Assembly: GCA_051362555.1 (NCBI GenBank)
Contig: CM120647.1
Location: forward strand, 5,580,001-5,644,000
Source of the DNA: Lingula anatina
Lineage: Eukaryota; Animalia; Brachiopoda
Length of the DNA stretch: 64,000 bases
Reading direction: 5' to 3'
Below the pieces are notes generated by a model. It did not search any database. It saw only the letters and a program-made list of their open reading frames with translations, and was not told the DNA's origin. Numbering within the stretch: the first letter of the stretch is position 1; every line of letters begins with the position of its first letter. Below, one piece after another: positions 25,802 through 38,396 of the stretch. Made by a program: the position numbers and the translations under genes.

Positions 25802-27489
25802 GAAAGCAATGCTTGAGCCCTACTTGGAGTCAGAGCATACCGGGTAGCTATACAATACAATAACCTGCATCACTGATAATCTCCGACAACTTTCCTGGAC
25901 ACATTTTCATCCCAAACAGGTAAATCAATGCCACAATGAAGTTACGCCACTGTGTCATTAATACCCCCCCCCCTCTACGCGTTATGAAGGTGTCGATTAC
26001 GTCACTATCAAATTAACACCACCTATCCCGCTCAGGTGACTTCATTATGTGCCAAAGGTAAAGACAGGGGGTGGTATCACAGTCTGTATGAAATGTAACT
26101 GGGAATTTTAATGCTGTAAGAATGAGAAACGCCCAGAGGCATAACGTGCTGATTCGAGAATCTGACTCCTCAAAAATTAATAAAGATTAATAAAGAAAAC
26201 TGAAAAGCATGCCGAAAGCGCAGGCCCCCACCAAAGCAGTTCAGTTCTTACTGTTATTTATTAATCAGTTTCTCAATAATTTAATTAGCTTAATTATCAT
26301 TATTATTTATTACTTTCTTGTTCACTCATTGATCAGCATTTTTTTCACAATTTACCAATTAATTCTTTCACTGATCAACACCAAAATCGAAACTATTCCT
26401 TAACTGTTCGGAGAGTTTTACCAAAATCTCTCAACAATTTTTGCATATTGATGCTTATGGACACACAACCAAATGAATTAACTAATTAATATTTAACCAC
26501 TCCCAACAGTTTCTGAAAATCTCACCAAATTACGTCCAGAAATTTTTTTCGTGATTTTGCCAACAAAGAAGCAGATAAAGGGAACCAAACATATAAAGTG
26601 ACCTCCTTGGCAAAAGCAATTATAATGTAGAAAAGAAAAACCTTTTTATTTAAAGAACATTTTACTTTACTTTTATCTTTTTGTTTTAATTTTGTAATGT
26701 AAGTTTTTAATTTATCTTAAATAGTGTATGTAAATATTTAAATTAAAATATGTAAATTATTTAAAGCGCCCCATCTACTTTGACACTGTAAAAATACGAT
26801 ACGATTTGTCAGAGATTTCGAAGGGAAAGTCTATTAGACATGTCCTGCAGAAAAAGAAAAACAAACAAACACAGAATGTGTATTTCTAAGCAGCAATAAA
26901 GACACTAAAAAAGGGAAGAAAGAATGCAAATATTATGTAGTCTCTACGTGCTCGAAAGAACCTTTTTTTTTTTTTTTTTTTTGCAACCACTAACGCGTTC
27001 ACTTCTACACCATTCAAAATAAAACACTGAAACTATTGACGGGAAATTATTATATATTTTCCATTCAACTGGCGGCAAAGGTGAATTTTCTATTAAGAAT
27101 TAACGATTACATGGACGACTATTTTGATCGGTAAGGCATACTATGCACGTTAGATCATTAGATGAAAAATACCGAATATCACGGATACAGCATAGCAAAA
27201 CAAAATGACGAACAATGACAATATTGACAATATAAATATATATTTAAAAAACTCATATTATTTAAAATTACACTTAAGGTATGTATTATGGCTTAGGATC
27301 TAAAGTTAACTTTCCTGAGGATTTCAACCATTAGTTGTCAGTCACAAAGATACTTCCTATACGAGATGGTTGCATTATTTTAATGGGTAGGAGCGCACAC
27401 AACATCTATACCATTCAACTATCACACACTTTTAACACATCTGGCTTTCGAACAAATTGGAAAAGAAATAAGAAACACAAGGTACATTT

Positions 27490-27980
27490 ACACTATATCG
27501 CTTTTTATTGACTGTTTAAGTGCTTGCTTTTCAGATATCGTTTGATAAGAAAACAAAGTTGGAGAATAAATTTAACAGTATAAGGATCATATTTTAAAAC
27601 AAAATGGATTGTTTTAATTCTACAAAAACATTAATCACTTTATACTATTACTAATTGCGATCTAAAATGATCGAAAACACCATCAAAACATGACCAGTGA
27701 CCAAAGCAGACTGTCTGGATGTCATGATTATAACATTAATTACACGTTGCCCATGCCTAAGATGGTCAGTTGTTTGTTCTTAATAGTTCAAAATCTGTTT
27801 GCGATGAGATATGTTGAGAAAAGGACCAGTTGCATCAAATACACACAAATATTTTGATATTTCGCCAATCAGATCATTGATTTTTTTAAATCTCCGGCAC
27901 GATCTTGTACCAATCCAAGTTGACTCTTTCAGGAAAGCGGAAGTCACGTGTTGGAAGGATAGTGAGCCCAGATGATACAA
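27490..27980 (-). other. Non-coding last exon (3' UTR) of gene D
   Basis: Conserved acceptor at 27980; AATAAA at 27504-27509; ~120-bp deletion relative to B/C at ~27733. Confidence 0.62.
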
Positions 27981-28363
27981 CTGAAAGACGAAAGAGGAAT
28001 AAATAAAGAAAAAGATAAAACTAAATAAGTAAATAAATAAATAAATGAACTGTTTTTGTCTGCAGGTCATTTTGCCAAACAGACTGTTAAGTTTTAATAA
28101 CATTAACGTGCATATACAGGTGATGTGCTCAAAGATTGGAACGAAAATATTTAAATTAAACTTTTCTCTCAGAGAGAGCTTATGGTAATTCAACATCAAC
28201 GCAATTTTCAGAGTGATATTTTATCTACGCAAGATCACATTTAGTCTGAATTGCATAATTTTACACAATGACTTTATGCTGTTTACGTATGTTCTTTTTT
28301 ACCTCTGATTTATTGAATATAATATATAATATTATGAACTATTGTTACTTCTTTCACATTACC

Positions 28364-31300
28364 TTAGTGCTTTTTCCTTTGAAGATCCAGGAGTCGTTTA
28401 AGCAGGTTGATATTGGCGTCTTCAACTGAAAACAAAGTCATACAGAGCTACAATAAAAACATCAGATGTGGGTATTCAGACAAATAATAATTGTCTGCAG
28501 ATACATATATAATTACTGAAGCAGCTTCTGTAACCTTAGGGTGCTTTCCCAGAGATTTAGATCGATCTAAAGATTAAATTTTAGATCGACCTAACTCCCT
28601 GGGGGTTCAGGCTTAATTGCAGTAAGCCGAGCGGACACCATAGTTAATTACCCCCTTACAGCTTTTAGTAGGCGGGACAGACGCTTAAGCCGGCCAAGCT
28701 GACAGTAATCTAGTGAGACTCCCCACAGGGATAGATCGATCTAAAAATCAATGGAAATGGGGTGTTAGATGATAAACTCAAGTCATGAGTGCCCAACTAC
28801 CATAATTTATCACCATAAAAACTCTTCGCACACGTATTTTATCACAAATTTGTGTTTCTAAGATCGCATTCACAACGAGTTGAGCCAGGCTTTACAAATC
28901 CTGGGGACTAAATATGGCGGACGTACATGAAAGAAAAACCGCCTAATCTTTTAATAGTCTCTCCGCCTCTCACACGCCTCCCCATGTGTCGTCCCAATGG
29001 AGCCGAGATTTAATGACTGTCCCCCCGCAGGGACGACGTGTGGGGAGGCGTGTGAGAGGCGGAGAGACTATTAAAAGATTAGGCGGTTTTTCTTTCATGT
29101 ACGACCGCCATATTTAGTCCCCAGGATTTGTAAAGCCTAGCTTAACTCGTTGTACATGCGATCTAAGTGTATGGATACTGCAAACAGAGGGGTGACAGCA
29201 TTCTATTACGAATTTCTCTATCTGTTAATTTTTTCATAATGTTGAATTTATCTATACGACCTAAACAGTCTGTCCTTGCGTCGGTTACGACGTGTGTATA
29301 TGTATGTATGTTACCTTTGGAGTGGCGTTTCTGTTCGTCATCGTTGTCACCGGATTTGTCGTTAACTTTGGTCCCATAGTAACCTGCAGCAGATAGAGGT
29401 TATTGTCATTTAGATTTTAGTTTAATGTTTCCAAAATTTCGACTGTTTTGCATTTTATCTGACGCAATTTGTTTAATCACAGAAACACCTTCTTACCGCG
29501 ACCTCCTCGCTTCAACTCGTCATCTACGTCACTGTCGTCCACCCGCTGAGCTGCATACCATGAAAATAAGACGACAATTTATTATTCTCGTCTGCTTCAA
29601 ACATTAAGACAGTCTTACCGTTTCAGTTTCGGGATTTATATATATTCTCTCTGTAATTTGTTTCGAAAAAAAAGTTACATACATCTTCGTTTCATGTTTA
29701 CCATATCTCTTTATAGCATAAAAGAGTGTGGTTATTGGTTATTTATTATGTGTGTACAGGTATGAGACCGTCTATGTTCCTACTACAGTAAAATGCATGT
29801 GTGCACTGCCGTGTGTATATGTACTAGCACGTGTTTATGTTTACGTGCGTGTGTGCTTACCGTGAACTCTACCGTAACCTCTTCGCTTCACTTCGTCATC
29901 CACGTCACTGTCGTCCACCCGTTGAGCTCCATACCCTGAAAAGTGGGTGACTATTAAATATTCTCGTCTGCTACAAATATTAAGACAGCGTTGCATTATC
30001 ACAGGTTCGGGGTCAATTCTATTTGTAATTTTTTGGGAAAATGTTACATACATATTTACGCCTTTCATATCCCTTTATAGAGTGCATGAGTTTGTGAAGG
30101 CGATTGGTTATTGATTATGGGTGTGTATATATGAGAGCATGTTACCTCTGGAAGCTTTGAAGCGCCGTTTCTGTTCGTCGTCAACGTCGTTAAGTTTAGC
30201 TCGGTAGTAACCTGAAACAGATATAGGTTATTATATTTAGCCTTTTGTTTGTTTCTAAAGTTTCTATAGTTTTCCATTATCGGTCTTAAGGTATAAAAAC
30301 AAATAGATATATTTTGACTCATAAAAACCGTGGGTTTCTTTCTGCAGCGTAATGTTTTTTATCGCCCCAGAATTTATTTTAAATGCAGTGCAAACCTATT
30401 CTTACCATTTCAGAAACCATTATTTCTGCCCTAAGCTTGACAAAGATACTACTTCAGGTAGAATGCATTCGTGCAGGGTAGTGTGACCATACGCGTGTGC
30501 ATGAACCTGCACGTGTTCATGTTTGTGTGCGTGTCATCTTACCGTAACCTCTTCTCTTCACCTCGTCATCTACGTCACTGTCGTCCACCCGCTGAGCTGC
30601 ATACCATGAAAATAAGACGACTATTTATTATTCTCGTCATAAAGACAGTCTAACAGTTTCAGTTTCGGGATATATTCTCTCTGTAATTTTTTTTTCGTAA
30701 AAAGTTACATACATCTTCGTTTCATGCTTTCCATATTATTATTTCCATATTTATTATGTGTGTACAGGTATGAATGCGTCTATGTTCCTACTACAGTAAA
30801 ATGCATGTGTACAATGCCGTGTGTACCAGCACGTGTTTATGTTTGCGTGCGTGTGTGCTTACCGTGAACTCTACCGTAACCTCTTCGCTTCACTTCGTCA
30901 TCTACGTCACTGTCGTCCACCCGTCGTTGAGCTCCATACCCTGAAAAGTGGGTGACTATTTAATATTCTCGTCTGCTACAAATATTAAGACAGCAATGCA
31001 TTATCTCTGTTTCGGGGTTAATTATATATTTTTATGTTTGCTATCTATCTGCATCATACGGTATTTTTAGTATTCATTATCGCCCTAGAATTTATTTTAA
31101 ATGCAGTGCAAACCTATTCTTACCATGGAAGAAACCATTATTTCTGCCATGAGCCTGACAAAGATACTACTTCAGGTAGAATGCATTCGTGCAGGGTAGT
31201 GTGACCATACGCGTGTGCATGAACCTGCACGTGTTCATGTTTGTGTGCGTGTGTTCTTACCGTAACCTCTTCGCTTCACTTCGTCGTCTACGTCACTGTC

Positions 31301-32164
31301 GTCCACCCGCTGAGCTGCATACCATGAAAATAAGACGACTATTTATTATTCTCGTCATAAAGACAGTCTAACAGTTTCAGTTTCGGGATATATTCTCTCT
31401 GTAATTTTTTTTTTCGTAAAAAGTTACATACATCTTCGTTTCATGCTTTCCATATCCCTTTATAGCATAAAAGAGTGTGTGTGTTTGTGATGGCCATTGT
31501 TTATTTATTATGTGTGTACAGGTATGAATGCGTCTATGTTCCTACTACAGTAAAATGCATGTGTACAATGCCGTGTGTACCAGCACGTGTTTATGTTTGC
31601 GTGCGTGTGTGCTTACCGTGAACTCTACCGTAACCTCTTCGCTTCACTTCGTCATCTACGTCACTGTCGTCCACCCGTCGTTGAGCTCCATACCCTGAAA
31701 AGTGGATGACTATTTAATATTCTCGTCTGCTACACATATTAAGACAGCATTGCATTATCACTGTTTCGGGGTTAATTATATATTTTTTATGTTTGCCTTC
31801 TATCTGCATCGTACGGTATTTTTAGTATTCATTATCGCCCTAGAATTTATTTTAAATGCAGTGAAAACCTATTCTTACCATTTCAGAAACCATTATTTCT
31901 GCCCTAAGCTTGACAAAGATACTACTTCAGGTAGAATGCATTCGTGCACGGTAGTGTGACCATACGCGTGTGCATGAACCTGCACGTGTTCATGTTTGTG
32001 TGCGTGTGTTCTTACCGTAACCTCTTCGCTTCACTTCGTCATCTACGTCACTGTCGTCCACCCGCTGAGCTCCATACCCTGAAAGGTGGGCGACTATTTA
32101 GTATTCTCGTCTGCTTCAAACATTAAGACAGTCTAACAGTTTCAGTTTCGGGATTTATTCTCTC

Positions 32165-32201
<37 letters not shown>

Positions 32202-34638
32202 TAAAAAGTTACATACATCTTCGTTTCATGCTTTCCATATCCCTTTATAACATAAAAGAGTGTGTGCGTTAGTGATGGCGATTGGTTATTTATCATGTGT
32301 GTACAGGTATGAGAGCGTCTATGTTCCTACTACAGAAAAATACATGTGTGCCTGTATCGATGTAAAGATATTAAATCACATTTACACCGTGGTCATGAAA
32401 ATTTCCTTATATTTGTTTTCTTTCGGCTGTGCACGGTAACGTTAATAGTTACTTATCGCCCAAAAATTAATTGTTAATGCAGCGAAAAACTATTCTTATC
32501 ATAGTATAAGCCATAACATTCAGGCAAAATTAATTCTGCCACGACCCTGGCAAAGATTCTGCTACAGGTAGTATGCATATGTGCGATGTCGTGTGGTCAC
32601 ATGCGTGTGTATGTGCCGGCACGTGTTCATGTTTGTGTGCGTGTGTTCTTACCGTAACCTCCATAATGTCTACCGTAGCCTCTGCGGTTCACCTCGTCAT
32701 CTACGTCACTGTCGGCCACCCGCTGAGCTCCATACCCTGGAAAATGGGTGACTATTTAGTATTCTCGTCTGCTACAAACATTATGACAGTGTTACATTTT
32801 CACAGTTTCGGGACTTATTGTTTTTTTTGTTTTTTTGTTTTTTTGTTTGTTTGTTTTTTGTTTGTTTTTTTTTTACGAAAAAAGTTCCATACATTTTCGT
32901 TTCAAGCTTTTCATATCCCTTTATAACATAAGAGAGTGTGTTTATGATGGCGATTGGTTATTTATTATGTGTCTACAGGTATGAGAGCGTCTATGTTCCC
33001 ACTACAGTAAAATGCATGTGTGCACTGCCGTGTGTATATGTACCAGCACGTGTTCATGTTTACGTGCGTGTGTTCTTACCGTAACCTCTTCGCTTCACCT
33101 CGTCATCTAAGTCACTGTCGGCCACCCGTCGTTGAGCTCCATACCCTGAAAAGTGGGTGACTATTTAATATTCTCGTCTTCTACAAATATTAAGACAGCA
33201 TTGCATTATCACTGTTTCGGGGTTAATTATTTATTTTTTATGTTTGCATTCTTTCTGCAGCGTACGGTATTTTTAGTATTCATTGTCGCCCCAGAATTTA
33301 TTTTAAATGCAGTGCAAACCTATTCTTACCATTTTAGAAACCATTATTTCTGTCCTGAGCTTGACAAAGTTTCTACTTCAGGTAAAATGCATTCGTGCAG
33401 GGTAGTGTGACCATATGCGTGTGCATGAACCTGCACGTGTTCATGTTTGTGTGCGTGTGTTCTTACCGTAACCTCTTCGCTTCACTTCGTCATCTACGTC
33501 ACTGTCGTCCACCCGCTGAGCTCCATACCCTGAAAGGTGGGCGACTATTTAGTATTCTCGTCTGCTTCAAACATTAAGACAGTCTAACAGTTTCAGTTTC
33601 GGGATTTATTCTCTCTGTATTTTTTTATTTTTTTTTTTATTTTTATTTTTATTTTTTTGTAAAAAGTTACATACATCTTCGTTTCATGCTTTCCATATCC
33701 CTTTATAGCATAAAAGAGTGTGTGTGTTTGTGATGGCGATTGGTTATTTATTATGTGTGTACAGGTATGAGAGCGTCTATGTTCCTACTACAGTAAAATG
33801 TATGTGTGCACTGCCGTGTGTATATGTACCAGCGTGTGTAAGTACTAGCACGTGTTCATGTTTGTGTGCGTGTGTTCTTACCGTAACCTCTTCGGTTCAG
33901 TTTGTCGTCCACCCGTTGAGTTTTATACCCTGAAACCGAACAAGAAGATGACTTTTACGTGGCCCATCTGCTACAAACATTTACAAAGCCTTGCATTTTC
34001 ACAGGATCGAGATTTTTATTACTACAATATATGTTTTGTAACTGTTAATATTTACAGATTCAAACTTTTTTCTTCAAAAATGTAAAGAGGACAGTAAGTA
34101 TTATATTATATTACATCACTTGTATGCCTAAAATAACCCACTTCAGTGTCTAAGTGTATGTGTGCTTGATTGCGATAGTTTTTTTTTTTTTTTTACGTGT
34201 ATGTGAGCGGCTTACCTCGATATCCCCTTTTCTTCTCATCGGCTGAAACCGAACAAAAATATAACTATTTAATGTTCTTATATGCTTCAAACATTTCAAT
34301 TACGGTGCATTATCTCAGATTCAATTAAATCTTCCTTTTTATCATAGTTATACGTAAAAGACAGTGTTAAAAAATGGACAAATTATTTGAAATAATTTGT
34401 CCATTGTTAAAAGCAAAAGTTTCTTCGAGGTAAGATATACGGGTAAGATGTAAGATGTCTGTCATAACTGCACTATGATTTACAAACAGACTAATTTACT
34501 GATGTAAAAAGATACATTTTAGTTTGGAATTATACACCTAAAGGCACTGATAATTAAGTTCAAATTCACTTTTTTACCTCTAAAATGTTCTTTGTGAATC
34601 TCTCTTTTTCTGTTAACACAAAGGCAACAGACCACATG

Positions 34639-34669
<31 letters not shown>

Positions 34670-34899
34670 CCCAGAGAGAGATTGAAAAACCCAAATACAT
34701 ACAATTACATATATACATGTACACACACCTAAAAAGACGCAGACACAGTCATAATCTGACTCAAGTTGGGCACTCTCAAACATACAAATACACACAAATA
34801 CACACACAATGCACATACTGGTTACTTACCTTCCTCTCCAAATATTCCTATTATAACAAGTCCACAAACGAAGAGAAAAAGAAGGGATGGATTCTTCAT
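28364..34899 (-). CDS. Gene D: secreted precursor with tandem GYGAQR-VDDSDVDDEV-KRR-GYG units (~336 aa, 16 coding exons)
   Basis: Exons: 34830-34899 (MKNPSLLFLFVCGLVIIGIFGEE), 34216-34242, 33882-33929, 33467-33529, 33080-33145, 32653-32736, 32016-32078, 31617-31694, 31261-31314, 30863-30940, 30543-30596, 30146-30211, 29861-29935, 29497-29550, 29315-29383, 28364-28425 (VEDANINLLKRLLDLQRKKH*). All internal exons are symmetric phase 1. Confidence 0.8.
28539..28764. mobile_element. PIF/Harbinger-like MITE, TTA TSD
   Basis: TTA duplicated; the empty site tgtaaacTTAgatga is present in genes B (~7250) and C (~18722). Confidence 0.8.
28862..29163. mobile_element. Long palindromic MITE, TAA TSD
   Basis: gatcgcattcacaacgagttgagc...gcttaactcgttgtacatgcgatc with ~130-bp inverted arms; flanked by TAA; absent from the B/C equivalent introns. 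Confidence 0.8.
29430..33960. repeat. Tandem exon-intron array inside gene D (period ~350-400 bp, dimer ~720-755 bp)
   Basis: Near-identical intron and exon blocks recur, e.g. exons at 30543/31261/32016/33467 and 29861/30863/31617/33080. Confidence 0.9.
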
Positions 34900-34957
34900 A
34901 GCTGAATTCAGATCGCTTCTGCGAATAAAAGTCGTGTCCGTTTGTCGTTCAACCTGA

Positions 34958-35030
34958 AATGAGCTGCTATTAGACGAATGCAGCTTTTATATCTCCCTGA
35001 GTCACGCCCAGTACAAGGGGGTGTGGCTCT
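34958..35030 (-). promoter_or_regulatory. Core promoter of gene D: TATAAAA, Inr-like, TGAGTCA (AP-1-type) overlapping GGGCGTG, and a CACACCC box
   Basis: TATAAAA at 34985-34991 lies 31 nt from the Inr-like A at 34960; tgagtcacgccc at ~34998-35009. Confidence 0.7.
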
Positions 35031-36593
35031 CTTACTTTAACAAGATTGGGGAGGTAATTAAGTGACTGCATCTGAATTAAATTCTTTGTGATCAGTAACG
35101 CGTTGCGGCCGTAGAGTTGGGTTCCATCTTAGGGTATAATCAGCGGTAATATTGAGAATGGCCGGAGATTCCCGCGCCTTTGTTCTGTGCGCCATGACTT
35201 CTTTGATTTCCACATCATTCCACGTCATGTGCTTGTTTTTGAAAACAAAATGGCTGCCTTCCAGCTGCTGCACTTTTAAGAACTTTTCAACAGAGAGGGA
35301 GGCCGATCATTTTATTAGCTTATTTCTTTTACGTGCATCTGAAGGAATAGTCATGGACATGTACTTATAAATTGTTAAAGTACCACGAGTAACTATTTTG
35401 ATATAAAAAAAACTGACAGAGACCGCCATCCTAAAAATCCAATAGTTTCTCCTTTCTCGTGATACGCAGAGCTGTATATAAATCGATATCGCAATTGTTG
35501 CAACGCTGGTCCGAGTCCTGGTGCCGTCCTAAAAAGAAATAGTTTCACTTGTTTCTGACTTTTAACGTCAAAGAGAATCCACAAGACTGGCTGCATAACG
35601 GCACTTTACGCCGATATTGTTATTAACTTTGAAATAAAAAAACATACTGCTCTCTTTATAAACCCAGTGGTAATGAACTTACTAAGTCTAAATTATTTAC
35701 CTTGCCTTTCTATATTATAAAAATATTTAAATGAGAAACAAACATGAGTCTTAAGTTTCATTTCATTTTACTTTATCCATTTATTTATGAATTTTTAACA
35801 CCAGACCCTGTTTTTCTTGATGCGCGTTTTTCGATAAAGAAGGGACTTTCGGACATTAACATTTGTTTAATTAATTGATTACTTGTTATTATTTTATTAC
35901 GTTTCTCTGTACCTACATGTACATTCTGCACATGGTTTACGAGAATACATTTTTATAACAGTATCTGTTAAATCAAAACGTGCATAAATGCAAACATTTT
36001 ACTTAAATTGTACAGCGAAGAGACTGCTAAAACTTACCAGGTAAATCTCTACCAGTTTCTGGTTAAGACATGTCATGCACGCCATATTTTTTTTTCTTAA
36101 ATTTTGTGGATGTGGTGCATTTAGGTGATAAAAGAAAATATTTGATGGAATATTCACGGAAAAAAAATCATCTTAAGGTCTATCTCCCTCTTCGTTTCTT
36201 TTAGTCGAAACTCATGGTTATAGCTACATGTACGTATAGGTATATTTAACACTTCAGCTGAATACTATAATTTGAATTTAAACACAAACAATGAGTCTCC
36301 ACCATGGGCTACATGTTACAGTGTACGTGTCGATGCATGGTTATGTCATATAAAGTCCGGTATGAAAGCCAACGACCGACAAGTCCTAATTATGTTGGAT
36401 TCATTTCAAGCTTCTATATCAATGATACAAAGGGATTTCCCCGCGTACCATGATAATGTTTTACCACTAACCAGTCATTATAGAGTTGATTACGTCACTA
36501 TCAACTTACCTGCTCCTTTGTCGTTTGGCTGACTCCGTGGTGTCCCAAAGGCGAAAACAGAGGTATCATTAAAGTGTGAATGAATCTGACTTA

Positions 36594-36832
36594 GGGGAGA
36601 CCGGGGCTAGTTGGACCCCGGGGTAAGTTGGCCTCCCATTAATTTATGATAAAGTAACTATGGGGTAAAAGAATTGATCACATCATTTTGTAAAGTGACC
36701 GTATCCAATAGTGCTAAGAAAGCGTCGGCGGTGAATCCAAATGAAATAATGTAGCATCTTAAAGTAACTTGATGGGGGGGGGGGGGGGGGGGGGGCAACT
36801 TACCCAGGGGTCCAACTAGCCCCGGTCTCTCC
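36594..36832. mobile_element. Tc1/mariner/pogo-type MITE, TA-flanked
   Basis: TIR ggggagaccggggctagttggaccccggggtaagttg / caacttacccaggggtccaactagccccggtctctcc, with TA at both ends. Confidence 0.8.
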
Positions 36833-37407
36833 TAAATTCTATTGTTGCCATAAAGAGTAAAACAGCAGCCAAAGGTATAGTGTATTCTTGATGTATGCTT
36901 GGCCCCCTCGTAAATTTAAAAAAAAAGATGAAAATATAGAAAAAGTGTCACATTTACCGGTACATAAACTTCGTAATAAGATTAATCCAAGGATTAATCA
37001 CGATAGTACACCAACATGAGGTTTCCAACAAAGGAAGATCAGACAAAAAGCGAACATTTCTTAACAATGATAAAAAAGGGGGGAAAAGAAAGCAGAGATT
37101 TCCCCCCAGAGACGAGTTAGCCGAAAAAAACTCATTTGATTTGAGCAACCACAAATTCTGGCATTTGTATTAGTCAGCTCTTCAAAGTTGGGCCTATGAA
37201 AATAATTCGATTATTCAATTTCATATTCCCCGTTCAATTGACGGCAAACATCCAAGCATAATATGAATTTTTAAAAAAAATTATTCAATCTTTCGGTCCC
37301 ACCATAATAACAATATACAATATAGCACAGCACGACAGAATACAGCACAAAAAAATTAACAAAATCACCAGGAATTTACTTTTAAAGGGGTGAAATCTCT
37401 GCCCATG

Positions 37408-37438
37408 GGTGTGTGTGTGAGCATGTGTGTGAGTGTGT

Positions 37439-37479
<41 letters not shown>

Positions 37480-37508
37480 TGTGTGTGTGTGTGTGTGCGT
37501 GTGTGTGT
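37408..37508. repeat. (GT)n-rich microsatellite
   Basis: Directly visible. Confidence 0.9.
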
Positions 37509-38336
37509 AGGTGTTAACTTCCATGCTTGGCCTACTCAAGAACGGCGTAATTACATGTATATGTATTTAATTTAACTCTCATACAGGCCCGGATCTTTGA
37601 GTATGTTCTTTTATTCATTTGTTCATTTATTTATTTATTTATTTTTATTTATCTATATGACCATCTTTAAAAGATGAATGTGTAATTTTTATGTATTTCA
37701 TTTTATTCCATCTCATTTTAACTTATTCACTTAAACTTATTTATTTTATTTTTTTTTTTTTCATTCATCTTTTAAGTCATACCGGGCATATTAATGTTCA
37801 CTATGGCATAGTTCGCCATGCATGTATATAAGACTTAGGCTTGGTATAGAGGCCCGGATAACACACTCCATAATATTACAATATTACTGGTATCAATATT
37901 AACTTGATCATCTTACTATTCCCCTGGGAGTCATGTGCACCGTAAACACCTGAGTCAGCTTACAGTAGCAACTTAAGCTCATTGCGTAGACGAATATGCA
38001 CCTGGCGGTCTTCCAAAATGGGGACAATAGTCTACAATTACTGCGATCGTATTGTTCGTATTGTCTGGGTTCAATACCTCACCTGTTTTTAACTCCGTTT
38101 GTTTGCCTTTGGCGTCAAGCTCGACAGGCTTCCAACTTGCTTTTAATAAAAGCGACTTAAATACCAGTTAAAACTAGATCAGGGGATGTAGTAATCCTGT
38201 TACGCAATGTTGCACCGGCTTGATAACAATACAGTAAAAAGATGTGTCTTGATATTTTGTGAGTCTTCTTTAAGATCTTATATTGATGAGGCAACATTTT
38301 GTGCGATATTTTAGCTATATAAGTGCGATTAAAAAA

Positions 38337-38337
<1 letters not shown>

Positions 38338-38395
<58 letters not shown>
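38338..38395. repeat. (ATT)n microsatellite
   Basis: Directly visible. Confidence 0.9.

Positions 38396-38396
<1 letters not shown>

Noticed and set aside
29430-33960. Regularly spaced repeats suggesting a CRISPR array
   Set aside because: The units are hundreds of bp long, the 'spacers' are homologous introns with GT/AG ends, the context is eukaryotic, and there are no cas genes.
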